Source: Chara braunii
Taxonomy: Eukaryota; Plantae; Charophyceae
Length of the DNA stretch: 51,184 nucleotides
Reading direction: 5' to 3'
NCBI GenBank assembly: GCA_003427395.1
Contig: BFEA01000008.1
Span: 1,820,695 to 1,871,878, forward strand
Notes under the pieces: generated by a model
Told to the model about the DNA's origin: nothing
What the model saw: the letters and a program-made list of their open reading frames with translations, nothing else
Databases searched by the model: none
Shown here: positions 36,457 to 47,914 of the stretch, piece by piece
How positions within the stretch are numbered: position 1 is the first letter of the stretch
Layout of the letters: every line of letters begins with the position of its first letter
Translations under genes and position numbers: made by a program

Positions 36457-39298
36457 TTATATCATTTTCCAATTACCTTCATCCAAGCATCCTCCCTTTT
36501 CCAGGGTGCCATAGCGCAGGATGCTAGCCAGGAGGGTGCAGACATCAGACTCAACCCAGAATTTACTAGATTTAATTTTTAATACCTGTAGATCCTTTAA
36601 TTTATCACTCTTTAGCCAGCACATATCCACTGGTCTAGCGGCGTCATACTTGAGATAGACATCTCTTTCAGCAATCCTGCAATCCTCCGTTACTAGTGTG
36701 AGAGTACCTATACCTCCAGGAGGGAAGTGTTCCTTGATGAACTTGGTTATTTCTGAGTGAATTAGGAACTCCCCTGCTTTACCCCTTGCAAGAGCTGATA
36801 GCAAGAGAAACGATGATATGGTACCTTGTAGTGTAACCTCACCATGTGTGGATCCCTGTGGCATTGACAATCCTATCTCCCAAACTTCATCCTTCTGTTT
36901 GACCGGGAGAATCACAATACCTGCCCGTGAGAGTCTCATTTCCTCCTTTGGTAAAGTTAGCCATTGTCTGAGTTTTTGCCGTTTGCTTATTTTCTCTAAT
37001 GTAAACAGAGGTGAGGATTGTGTTTTCCCTTTTTTCTGTTCTTTATTTTTATCATTTTCAACTTGATGAGGCAAATCCTCTGCGAGGTCAATCTCAACGT
37101 CTGTCCTGTCTGTGGAAGTTGCTACAATGCCTCCAGTTTGGCTGGGAGTTTCTGTTTCTTTTTCCTGTTGGTCGTTTGAGTTACCCATAATAGGCTTATT
37201 AGTAATTAACAGGAATTTACGCTCTCCTGTTAGCTCTGAGACTGCTTCTTTGAGTTCTGGAGTGTCTGTAGACTCTTTTATTTTTCGGGGAGGTTCCTCC
37301 TCTTCGTAACTAAGATTCAGACTGGAAACAGGATCAAGGGGTTGAGACTGTTGAACTGATTCTGATTCTGAGCATGCCCTGCACGCACTAGACTTCTCTT
37401 CATACTGTTTTGTCCCCTTTGAGAGGGCGAACTGAGTTTCCTCTTCTTGTGTGCACGGGTACATGTTCTCTTCTTGTATGCAAGGTTTGGGATATCCTCC
37501 CTACATAGTTTCTTGATGATCACATGTTACAACATCAGCCTTGTTACTCCCTTCACATTCAATCATTCCCATGGGACTAGATTTACTGTCATTGTAGTGT
37601 TCTGTCAGGCCCACTGTTATCCTGGTACCCCTGTCATTCTCACAGTCCTGCAAATGGGATTGCAGTGACTGGTAATTCTGATTTTTTTTTTTTTTTTTCT
37701 GATAAGTTTATTATTCTTCTTATTTTTCCTTGAATTTATCTGTTTCCGAGGGGTCAAGACATAGTGGTTGAGATTTCTTTGGCTCAGAGGTGTTCTACCA
37801 GCAAACTTCGCTAGGTAAGGTTTGACATTTATTTTCCTTTTAAATTTCTTTATGAGAATCCCTGTCTCTGGGCATTTCATGTCTGCACTCAGATCTTTTC
37901 CTTGTGAGTTCTTTCATTCTTCTCAATCCTTTCTTGTGTTTGGACTGTTCATTGTGCAGCAACTCTTGTCGTTTTGTTTCTTCCATTGTTCTTGCACTGG
38001 TTTTGTCCAATTCATGAGTACTGATTTGTCTTGTATCTTGTTGGGAACCCAGCAAGCAAGCTCCTTCATCCAATATCTAGGGATCAACCCTAGAGGAAAC
38101 CACATGCAGCAGCTTGTTGCACAGTTCTAACCAGTCTGTTCCAGGTGGAGGGCCGTACTGCAACACCAGCATCAAGCTATCACTGCTGGCCTGCATAGGC
38201 CTCAGTTGACAGTTGATTTGTTGCCACAACTGATCGTTTAATTTAGGAAATTTAATTCTCAAATTAGTTAGTAGCCAATCAACTACATTTGTCAACTGCG
38301 AATTCAAATCCAATGACAGTTTCCCGCTTTATTGTTCTGGGATGCATGATTTGAGTGGGGAAGCTGTGACTGGTGCTGCTTCCACCTCCATGGGTTCCAT
38401 TCCAAAAAACATCCCTGAAAACATCTATTTTCATCTGATCCTGATCCCCGTTCCCTTCTCTCTTATCCTCCTCTTTCTTGTCTTCATTCCGGGGATCCTC
38501 CTCAACTTCCTTTTCTTCCTTTTGGTGTTCTTCTTCCTTTTTTCCATCTTCTCTCTGGGTCGAGGGTTGTTCCTCAGTCCTTTTCTTTGTAACCACTCTC
38601 CATGTAGCAGCAGATGGTTGCCCATTTTTGGGCAAATAGCCCGTCGGAGATGGGCCTATGGTTTTGTACTTCCCATTTCCCATGCTCCTTTCCTCTTCAT
38701 TTTGTGGGCCATGCTGAAGTCCTTTATCTGATCCTTTAGTAGTATGTGTATCATTCTTTGTATCAAAATCCCCACCATTCACAGTAGTCCCAACTGATCC
38801 AGCATCCTTTCCTGTAGTCTTCTCAACTGATCTAACTGTTCTCCCCGACCTGGCAGTCCCAGTATTTTTCGTCCCGACTTCCCCAACCATTGCAGTGCTC
38901 CCAACTATTCCAACAGTCATTCCCGATCTTGCTGTTCCAGCAGTTCCTGCTGCATTTGCCGACTTAGTCTCATTTCGGGGCTGTGTCTTCGCCGATTGCT
39001 GGGAATGTTTTGGATGTTGGGACTGTTGTGGAGGTAACCAATCAGCTGGTGGCCGAGAGGTTTTTCTCAGATCCGCCCTGCCATCCCAGAACCAACCAAT
39101 TAGTTGGCCTGCCTGGTTGTGGTCATCGTTGAATACCCATCCTTCGTGTCCTGGGGCCACTGGTAACCATCTGTGTGGTCTCTGTGGGTCTCGTCTGAGC
39201 ATTTGGGCAGGCGAGGTAGCATGCTGTGGGTGTTGCGGACAGACAATACTGCATTTGGGCAGGCGAGGTAGCATGCTGTGGGTATTGCGGACAGACAT
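36457..39298 (-). pseudogene. LINE-D ORF1, 5' truncated near the zinc knuckle
   Basis: Blocks homologous to LINE-C ORF1: PHRWLPVAPGHEGWVF..IGWFWDGR..SRPPADWLPP and SKRQKL..LKDLQVLKIKS. Confidence 0.85.
39199..39297. repeat. 52-bp-period duplication at the LINE-D 5' truncation point
   Basis: GCATTTGGGCAGGCGAGGTAGCATGCTGTGGGT.TTGCGGACAGACA at 39199 and 39251. Confidence 0.9.
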
Positions 39299-39429
39299 AC
39301 TCCGTATTGAGATGACCGTTAAATTAAATTTGCGGCTTGATTTTCATGTGTGCCACTGTCCTTGTCGCCGTTGTCGGTGCTTGAACTCCACTTTTCCAAT
39401 ACTATCTGTCCGACTAGGTTTTCTCTTCA

Positions 39430-39624
39430 ACCACCAGTACGTGGCCCAGCTATCGAAGCCGAGCCTCCCAGCACCCTGCAAGCCAAGTCCTACCGAACCG
39501 CCGTCGCTCTTTTTTGTTTTCTTTTTGGTTGTGGCCTCCGGACAATGCTTAGGCCGAAGCCCGAATGCTGCGGCGCATTAATGGGGAAGCGCCGCGACTG
39601 ATAGTTGGGCCAAGTACTGGTGGT
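39430..39624. mobile_element. TTAA-flanked MITE, copy 1
   Basis: TTCA|ACCACCAGTAC...GTACTGGTGGT|TTAA; inverted homolog of 47716-47914. Confidence 0.85.
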
Positions 39625-39704
39625 TTAAGGGGAGAGGGGGGGAACCAACAACCACTACTAGAGGGAGTGATAAGAGCAGCCGCCTCTAGTAGCTGTCCCT
39701 GGCT

Positions 39705-39757
39705 GCTCCATCTATTGGTGGGGAGCTGCACATGCTGGAAACCGGGTCCATCGTCCC
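39705..39757. ncRNA. Structured repeat module, copy F
   Basis: GCTCCATCTATTGGTGGGGAGCTGCACATGCTGGAAACCGGGTCCATCGTCCC. Confidence 0.6.
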
Positions 39758-39888
39758 TGTACAACAAGACCATCCGCAAGATAAATTCGAGAGCAGTCCG
39801 CCAGCATTGATTACCCAAGATACCCAGGGGTATTGACTGAGCCGATAGGGCATTTCTTTCTTTTCTTTTTTTCGGTAAGTTCTTATAA

Positions 39889-40006
39889 GCTCCGGTCCAT
39901 TCGTAAGGGGGAGCAACACGTACTGGGAACCGGGCCCAGTATGCCTTATGAAAATAGACAGAAAGATTGCAGATGTCGGGGACATTACCCGGCTTCGGGT
40001 CAGAAT
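39889..40006. ncRNA. Structured repeat module, copy G (complete)
   Basis: GCTCC..GGGGGAGCAACACGTACTGGGAACCGGGCCCAGTATGCC..TCGGGGACATTACCCGGCTTCGGGTCAGAAT; TACTG/CAGTA is compensatory. Confidence 0.65.
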
Positions 40007-40893
40007 ATCAGAAACACATATGATTTTCTTTGACGCATGAACAATTGCAGAGGACTCTTCCCGAGGGCGGGGGCGCAGTGAGGCCGGGAGCACTGCGCCC
40101 CGCCCGCGCAGTCAGGCCGAGCGGCGCCGAGCGGTGACATGTGGCAGAGCAACACGAAGTCAAATCAAGCAGCGCTGGATGGCAACAAGCGGCGGTGCAG
40201 TGCGTTGCCGGGGGGAGTGGATTCGGGGTGGTGCGGTGGTGGTTGAGAGGTTTTGGGTAATGGACAATGATGGGAAGGATGGTGATAAGGGTGATGCATA
40301 AGGCTACTACGAAGAGGCTGCTTGTGAAGGGCTGCGAAGGGTATGGTCTGCCAGCATCATCATCAGAGCTACGAATGGCGGGGTGTCATGTGTCTAACGA
40401 AAGAGTCAGGAGATGAAGGGCAACGAAGGGCATGGAAGGTCTGTTCCCCCCCGGACTACCAGTGAGGGGTCACCGGCAGGTTCGGTGGTTTTGTCTTGCT
40501 ACGTGGCAAGTGAGGGGTAAAGTGAAGCCACGGTCCGTTAGTCCTTATTGTTCAGTCTTTTTTTGATGGCCGAGAGAGTGGTCATGTGATGGCTGAGTTG
40601 CCTTCGGGCCGATAAGGGAGGGGGTGAAGGTTTGGGGAAGACAGACACATCATGATGAGAGGTTAGTTTATATGCTTTGATCCCTAGTTTTGCTCTTCGT
40701 GGCTTGAGTGACCTCCTTTTTTTCGTTTTGATCTCGTTTTTTTGGAGGTAGCTTCAAGATAGTAACTCCATTCCGATTTTCAGATGATTGTAAATCCGAT
40801 TTTTGATTCTAAATCTCTGGTTTTTGAATTTAATCTTTTCGATTTTTCTATTTGATTTTCTCATGACAGGTAGCTTTAGGTTTTCAACTCTAA

Positions 40894-43310
40894 GAGCCTC
40901 GTTCCACCCGACTTGAGTTCAAGTGCGATGCGAAAAATCATTGTTCCACCCCGTCCTAGAGAAATGTTTTTTTGTTTTCATATTTTGCATCTGAAGTGCC
41001 CGCTCTTGAAACTCAAGTGCAGCCCAGGCAAAATCGCACTTGAGTTCAAGTCACCTCCTGGAGGTGCCTTGAGTTCAAGAGTTACCCTTGGGTTTCAGCC
41101 GCGGATGCAGGTAAGTTTTTTTTTTTTTCCTTTTACGCCCCGCGTTCCTGGTTCACGGCATGTCCTTTTGTGGTCCAGCGAGCAACGGCTACCGGTGGCG
41201 GTACCGGGTGCCGGCAGTGGAACTCTTGAGTTTGGTGGCTGCGGCTTCCTGTGGGCCGTTGGGGCACACACGCGCGGTGACCGTTGTAGCGCGCGGTGCA
41301 CTATTGTAGCGCACGGTGCACCGTCATCGAGGTGGGAAAATCCGAATTGGTCACACGCCGCAGTTGCTCGTAGCTGTTTGGACGCTACGTTATGGGCGAG
41401 GGATATTTTGTCGCAGCAGGTCCACATGGCAGTACAAGACAAGCACGGTTGCTGCAGGTTGCTGCACCGGCGTTCGCACATGCTTCTGCAAACCTCCGTT
41501 GTCATTTCCTGTCCTGTGCGCTGTGCTGTGACGTGCATGGCGGACCATGCGAGGAAGGTGTCGCTGCTTTGTGTCCTCATCCTCCTATTGCTGCTCCTGC
41601 TCATACTGCACCTGTGGTCTTCGAGGCGTGCAAGGGTTGTGCCCCGCAAGCGGAAGCCGACGAGATCGAGCAAGCATCAGGCGTGTAAAGGAGGGATGGG
41701 TGTCGGCGGCGACGGGGCGGATATGTTCATGTACGGGGTCTTGGGGGGTGGCGGCGAGGGGTGTTTTCCATCGGATACACCACGTTACGATCCAGCACTT
41801 TATGCACACCTGCCGCCGCATCTTCAGCCCCTTCCCGACGATGAGAATTGGCAGCCGCCTCCATCGACTTTCGACCTCGCGCACGGCTCCACCCAGTCCA
41901 TATCGGACAGTGAAATGTGGGTGAGAGATCAGTGGCCGAGGCAGGGGCCAATGACGTCACTTCTGTTGGACGAATTGCACCAGGGAATGTGCCCACCCCT
42001 CGATCGACAGTTGTCTTCGGGGGGTCGCCCTGCCGCATCACAAACGCTTATCATCAATCCCGCCAGCCGTTCTGAGGGCGACGCGTCAATCGGACAGTCG
42101 GCTCAGCGGCCGGGTGCTGCAAGCTTGCAGCCAACAGCCGCACCTGCGAACACCAACATTCATGCAGATCCGACGGTCACACGACCGACGGCGAGGGTTC
42201 GGGCATCATCAGAGGGTAGGCAAGCCAATGTCGTGGACAACATCATCACCAAGGTGTTGACGAAGCACGCAACGAGTGACGGAGATGGCAGTGGCGGTGG
42301 GGGTGCGGACTGTGAAATCGTGGAAGATGCAGCAGCAGACGACGTGGAGGAGGAAGACGACGAAGTCGACGCTGAGGAGCCATGGCCTACGACAAAGAGC
42401 CAAAAGAAAATGTCGGCGAGGAAACCAGCTCCGAAGGGGCGGGGGAAGGGGAAGGCCAAGGAAGGGGGTGGCGAGAGCGGCGGGGGAAGGATAATATGGA
42501 GTCTGGATGACTCCATCACCCTCGTGTGCTGCAAGAGGAGCAAGACGAAACTCTTGCTGCGGCGGGCCATAACTTTGCGAGGATGAAGACGAAGCAGTGG
42601 AAAATGGACTGACATCGCGAAGAGGATGGAGGTGCTGGGGTTGACCCGTGAGTGGGATGTGTGCATGAAGAGATGGGAGAATATGTTCTCGTGGTACAAG
42701 AAGGTGCAATGGAGGGAGAAGGAGTCCAGGTTGCAGTCGTTCTTTACGCTAACGCCGAAAGAACGAGCCGATAAAGGGTACAAGTTCCAGATGGATAGCC
42801 GACTTTACGAGGCAATCCATGCCGGTCAGCACGGTAATCAAACCATCCACCCGCCGAATGTGGTGCACACGGGGGCTTCTGAGCAGTGAGGTGTAAACAA
42901 CGGCAGCACAGACCAAACTTCTGCGAGTGAGAATGGCGATGGGGAGGCCGGGAAAGGTTGTGCGAGCAGGTCGTCACGCGGGATGAAGTTCACGAAAAGG
43001 AAAAATGCAAGGCAACAGGTTTTTGAGGCGGTGACGGATGTCATGACCACTTACTCAAAAGTCCTGGCTGATTCAGTGGACAGCGCCAGCAAACGGTAGT
43101 GCGACGTCCTTCAGCGACAATGCGATATCATGGAGAGGGAGGTGAAACTGCACGAGACACAGTGCGGCGTGATGGATGTGGGCCAGCAGATGTTGTGTGA
43201 CGCTTTGTTGAAGATCGCGGAGGCGTTGTCCTGCCCGTAGAAGGGGCAACACTGCAAAGTTGGCGTAATCAGGGGCGGACATGTTAGGCCGTTGGAGGTG
43301 GGAGTGGGGC
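40894..43310 (+). mobile_element. PIF/Harbinger-like DNA transposon, one end plus Myb/SANT ORF; transposase and other end not seen
   Basis: TAA at 40891-93 followed by GAGCCTCGTTCCACCC; subterminal CTTGAGTTCAAG repeats in both orientations (40912-41079); downstream Myb/SANT ORF. Confidence 0.6.
41696..43240 (+). pseudogene. Myb/SANT-like (trihelix GT-type) DNA-binding protein with C-terminal coiled coil
   Basis: WSLDDSITLV..KWTDIAKRMEVLGLTREWDVCMKRWENMFSWYKKV..FQMDSRLYEAI; frameshift ~42540 and in-frame stops at ~42887 and ~43097; start codon uncertain. Confidence 0.85.
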
Positions 43311-43322
43311 GTGGGGGGGAAT

Positions 43323-43374
<52 letters not shown>

Positions 43375-43430
43375 TGTTGCGNTTTTTTTTTCAGCAGTTT
43401 TTTTTTCAGCAGTTCAAATTTTCTAACTGC

Positions 43431-43537
43431 TCCGGGGGCCAAGTCCCACTTACCCGAAAAAAGGATTTCTGACCGCAGATTTGGAAGATCAACGACCAGA
43501 AATCAAGGATCACCGTAAGTGGGACTTGCCCCCGGGA
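43431..43537. repeat. 23-bp inverted repeat (small foldback)
   Basis: TCCGGGGGCCAAGTCCCACTTAC and GTAAGTGGGACTTGCCCCCGGGA. Confidence 0.75.
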
Positions 43538-43849
43538 CTCCCTCCAGTCCAAGCAGACAGCCAGAGAGGTTCCTCGCAAAGCAGCGTGGACTCCGTGCCA
43601 CTGGAGGAGAGGACGACCTTAGCGAGGACCTTAGCACGGTGGGCTGTAACGCCCTCGGAGTCCCACTAGCTTAGCTGAGACTCTTGTTCCCGAACCACAT
43701 CAGAGGCATATATCTTGCCTCAACATGGACGTTTATTCGTTTACGTTCTGTCCGAACACCATGGCAGTTAAGGTACTTTCCCTTCCCCCAACTCCCATTC
43801 CGGCGATTCCTCCCTAACTCTGTCTCTGTGTCTGTCACTTCCGCGGGCC

Positions 43850-43851
<2 letters not shown>

Positions 43852-43910
<59 letters not shown>

Positions 43911-43918
43911 TGTGTGTG
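43852..43918. repeat. (CT)n(GT)n compound microsatellite
   Basis: Direct reading. Confidence 0.97.
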
Positions 43919-44669
43919 GAGCCCGCAGGCCAACATTAATGACAGTCCCGGCGGAAGGACGCCACGCACTGCTCATCCATTTTCATGGTTTTCCTTTGTT
44001 TGAAATTGCACTAACGGATGTCCGGACCGAAATGACATCTCCGACTGCTCATTACTTTTTTTTTTTTTTTTTTTTCCTTCGTTTTGTATTCATTTGAGTT
44101 TTGTATTCTTTTGATTTTTCTGTTTAGCCGGCCGAAGGCGACTCGGCTGACCTGCTGCTGCTCTGCATTGTGTACGTGATTGTCTGGTGTGTCTGTAACT
44201 CTGCTGAAGTTCACGAATTTCCTCACCACGCAGGACCTGGTGCTGTTTGTGTTCTACCATCTCCTCTCGGCGGAGCTCTGTCTGTGACTCTGTGCACCGC
44301 ATGTATCTGGTCCTCTTATTTGAGAAAAAACGTGCTGATTCTGCTGAGAAACTCGTACGGAGGAGGTGGTCCTGCCCCCGTCAGAGGATACTCAAACTTG
44401 CATTGTTTTACTTATTTCTGGACGGTGGACGGAATTGAGGCTAGATGCATACAGGTCCGAGCGTAAATCCGGTCAGATACGTTTAACGGAGTGCTGGTGT
44501 GAGTACGCCCTCAGCCGCGGCGCGAAGCGAATTGAATTGAATGCTCTTTCTTCGTACGTGTTATGTTACGCCTGTCTTCCCCCTGAGTCTCCTCCTTAGC
44601 CTTCAACGATTTCCTAATCAGGCCGCCAAGGGCCCAAACAAAAGGAAGGGTTTGAACAATTTGGGGGCC

Positions 44670-44700
<31 letters not shown>

Positions 44701-45112
44701 GGCAGACCGGCCCCAAGCGTTCTTTGTCTCTACTGAAAAGTCCCCGAGGGGGAAGGTACCTGTTGGGCGCCGCCCTTCAGCATTCACATGCCTTAGTTAA
44801 GGCGTGTGTCTTGGGGCCCCAAAATGCTGCCTGTGCCTGCGAGTGCCGGCGAATGGCCACGGCCCTGCCTGGTACCCGCCTGGATGGACTAGGCCCGCCT
44901 GTGGAGCTTTAACCTAATTGATTCAACGGCTATCACCGGTACATCTGGGCGTGGTGGGCCCCGCTGCTCCCCAAAGCGGAGCAGTTTTTTCTTCCTTATG
45001 GTCTGGTGCCACCTGCCATAATGATTGTGGTTCGGTAGCCCCAAGCCTCCGGAATTTTTGTAGGCCATGAAAGGAAATCCTTCAAGCCTGGGGCTGTGTA
45101 CTGGCGGCTTAA

Positions 45113-45211
45113 ACCACCAGTACTTGGGCACTGTGCGCCGCGCCGGCCGCCCAAATCTCGAAGCAGCCGGCCGTAGCGTTAACGCTAAGGCGTCGCCCAA
45201 GTACTGGTGGT
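45113..45211. mobile_element. TTAA-flanked MITE, short (99 bp) variant
   Basis: TTAA|ACCACCAGTACTTGGGC...GCCCAAGTACTGGTGGT|TTAA, perfect 17-bp TIR. Confidence 0.9.
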
Positions 45212-46534
45212 TTAACATGGATCAAACCACCAGTGCCTCAGCCGTAGAGCGGCGGGGGGGGGGAGGAAAGCATTCCTTCTACCTTCTTCTTACCCCGTAT
45301 ACAACGTACGGTAGCTGTATTTGGGGTATCTTTCAGTCTATATACCGCTATAATGAGGGTACGTTGTATTTGGGGGAAGAAGGTAGGCTGGGGGGGGAAG
45401 AAGGTAGGCTGTATTATTTTATTTTATTTTTTGACAAACATGACGAGTAGACCCCAAGGATTTTTCAGACAAAGTCTCTGGACAAAAACAAGACTTGTCA
45501 ACTTGAATGGTGACCAAAAACAGCAACCGTTTTTTGCTCTGTCTGTTTCAGTGCTGTCTGGCTCAGCTATGCAGCCAGGGCCTTTACAGATGCACACATA
45601 GAATGCATATCAATCTGAACACACAATCTTGAGCAATTGAGTTTCAAAAAGGGAAAACATCGGGAATGTACCCACAAGGAATCAAAGGTCTTCAGTCCAA
45701 TACAATTGGGAAAGCTAATCTGGAAAGCAAAAAACTCTAAGACTCCATTCTTCCAGGTGTTGTCTTGATCTGGATGAGACTTCCATGTTATGTTTTTTGG
45801 ATGAGCCTGAGCTGGCAGGTGCCATACTCAAGCATGGACACCCATGTGTGTGTGTTATTGTTTTTTTGGGGGGGGCATGGGGGTGGGGGTGGGGGTGGGG
45901 GAAGGAAAGTCAGCCGCACTTTCTAGCAAACAGGCAGGGAGACAGACTCCCAGGCAGGCAGGCAGCAAGGCAATCAAGAGACCTAACAAGGCAAGCGACA
46001 GGGAGGAGGGTTAACAAGAACGAGAGGCAAGAGGGCAGGATTGCAAAAAGGCCAAACAGCAGGGCTCTGGCAGCGCGGTGATACAGAGCAAGCGGACGGC
46101 TGCCAACAGTGCCAAGCAGCAGCCTGAGGGCGGCACCGACAAGGCAGGCAGGCAACACATACAGCACAGGCCAAAGTGGATCATGACGTTGGGACCTGGT
46201 CACACCGGAACTAGAACTATACAGACTCGGAGTCTTGGTTTCTGGTTCACGTCAGAACCAGGAGTTAAGGGGTCCCTTTGACGAATGTTTGTCATCCCCA
46301 GCCTGAGGCAACATATAGACGCAGAAGCATCCTCAATACATAAGCCTCACAAATAGTGTTACATACGCACATACCGAAAAGTAACCAACCATTTCGCATA
46401 TCTCGAACGTGCCTCGTTGGACTTGGGAGGTCAACGAGAGGAAAGGAACGAAGACAAGATACAGTGGGCAGCATAAAAAGATAAAAACATAGGTAGACAG
46501 ACAAGAAGACAAGACCGTACACAGCGTACCGGAA

Positions 46535-46537
<3 letters not shown>

Positions 46538-46609
<72 letters not shown>
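46538..46609. repeat. (TG)n microsatellite
   Basis: Direct reading. Confidence 0.97.
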
Positions 46610-46611
<2 letters not shown>

Positions 46612-46746
46612 GAACCTTCGCTGTCCTTTCTGGGAATGTGACACACCTTATTTGGGAAGCTATGCCCCTTCAATTTTTGACTCTTTGCTGCTAGCCATCT
46701 TCTTTTTCTTTTTTTTTGGGGGGGGGAGAGGGCGGGGGGACAAAAT

Positions 46747-47437
46747 GCTCCAATCTATTCTTGGGGAGCAGCACATGCTTGGACCGGGCCCAGCGTCCCA
46801 TAAGAAGATACTAGCTAAGTGCCTGCGGTGCGGGCGGTGCAGGCTACGCCCACAGAAATAACAAATGCAGTGGGTGACCTAACAGTGCTCACACTGCATT
46901 TCGGTTGGCTCTGCTGAGTCTGCTCCAAGATGTTCGCCCGCAGAGACAACAACAGCCTACCGGGGGGCACAAAACGACAGCCGCGTGAGAGATGGAAAAA
47001 AAAGGAAGGAAACGAAAAAATAAAATAAAAAAAAATGGAGGACACAAAATGACAGGCGGGAAAAATGAAAAAAGGAGAAGGGCGACACAAAATGACGGCC
47101 AACCGGGGAAAACAAAACCAAAAAAAAGGCCGCCCGAATATCAGATGGCTCGTCTCCAAGATGTTTGTTCGCATCAACGCCAGCCGTGCGCCCCACCCCG
47201 GGGGCACCCGCTCTGGTTTAATGGTGCGCTGTGAACATTTCGGTATGCGCACCCCTCTCCACACTCCCCCCTCCTTGATCGCCTTCATCCGCCGCCCCTC
47301 ACCAAAACTTCGACCCGAATCCGGTGTGCAGCATGTCATGGACCCCCTTCCCCCGCGGCCAATGCTGATAGGATAACAAAATATACACTGTCAGGTTATT
47401 GAAGCACCGGGGTCATTACCCGGCTTCGGCTGAGAAT
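46747..47437. ncRNA. Structured repeat module, copy H, halves ~600 bp apart
   Basis: GCTCCAATCTATTCTTGGGGAGCAGCACATGCTTGGACCGGGCCCAGCGTCCC (46747-46799) and CCGGGGTCATTACCCGGCTTCGGCTGAGAAT (47407-47437). Confidence 0.55.
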
Positions 47438-47715
47438 CAATCTGCGAATAGATTGATCCAAGTACTCATGAGACAGCCTCAAAAAAACGCCGTTACGCCG
47501 GTTACAGTCTAATAGGAAAACCACACATCTGTGCAATACCAGAATCTGATTCAACTTGAAAGGGCCGAATGAGTAAAAACACAAGACCTACGAACAACTC
47601 AAGTCGCTCTGGAGCCTGTAAACCAGAACTTAACTCACGTCGGACAGATGCTACTCAGTGGCCCAATGCTCAGCCTCCCTAATGTCCTGCCTCATCAGCA
47701 AGCCCCAAGCCTTAA

Positions 47716-47914
47716 ACCACCAGTACCTGGCCCAGCTATCGGCCGCGGCGCTTCCCGTATACGTGCCGCACCATTTGGGCTTCGGCCTGCCGGACCGCAT
47801 TGGCTGGAGGCCGCAGGCAAAAAGAAAAAGAAAATTGCGACGGCGGTTCGGCAGGACTTGGCGCGCAGCGTGCTGGGAGGCTCGGATTCAATAGCTGAGC
47901 GAGGTACTGGTGGT
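47716..47914. mobile_element. TTAA-flanked MITE, copy 3 (199 bp)
   Basis: TTAA|ACCACCAGTACCT...AGGTACTGGTGGT|TTAA. Confidence 0.9.

Noticed and set aside
40913-41695. N-terminal part of the 557-aa ORF
   Set aside because: Non-ATG start running through subterminal repeats and a T-run; probably non-coding upstream of the Myb/SANT gene
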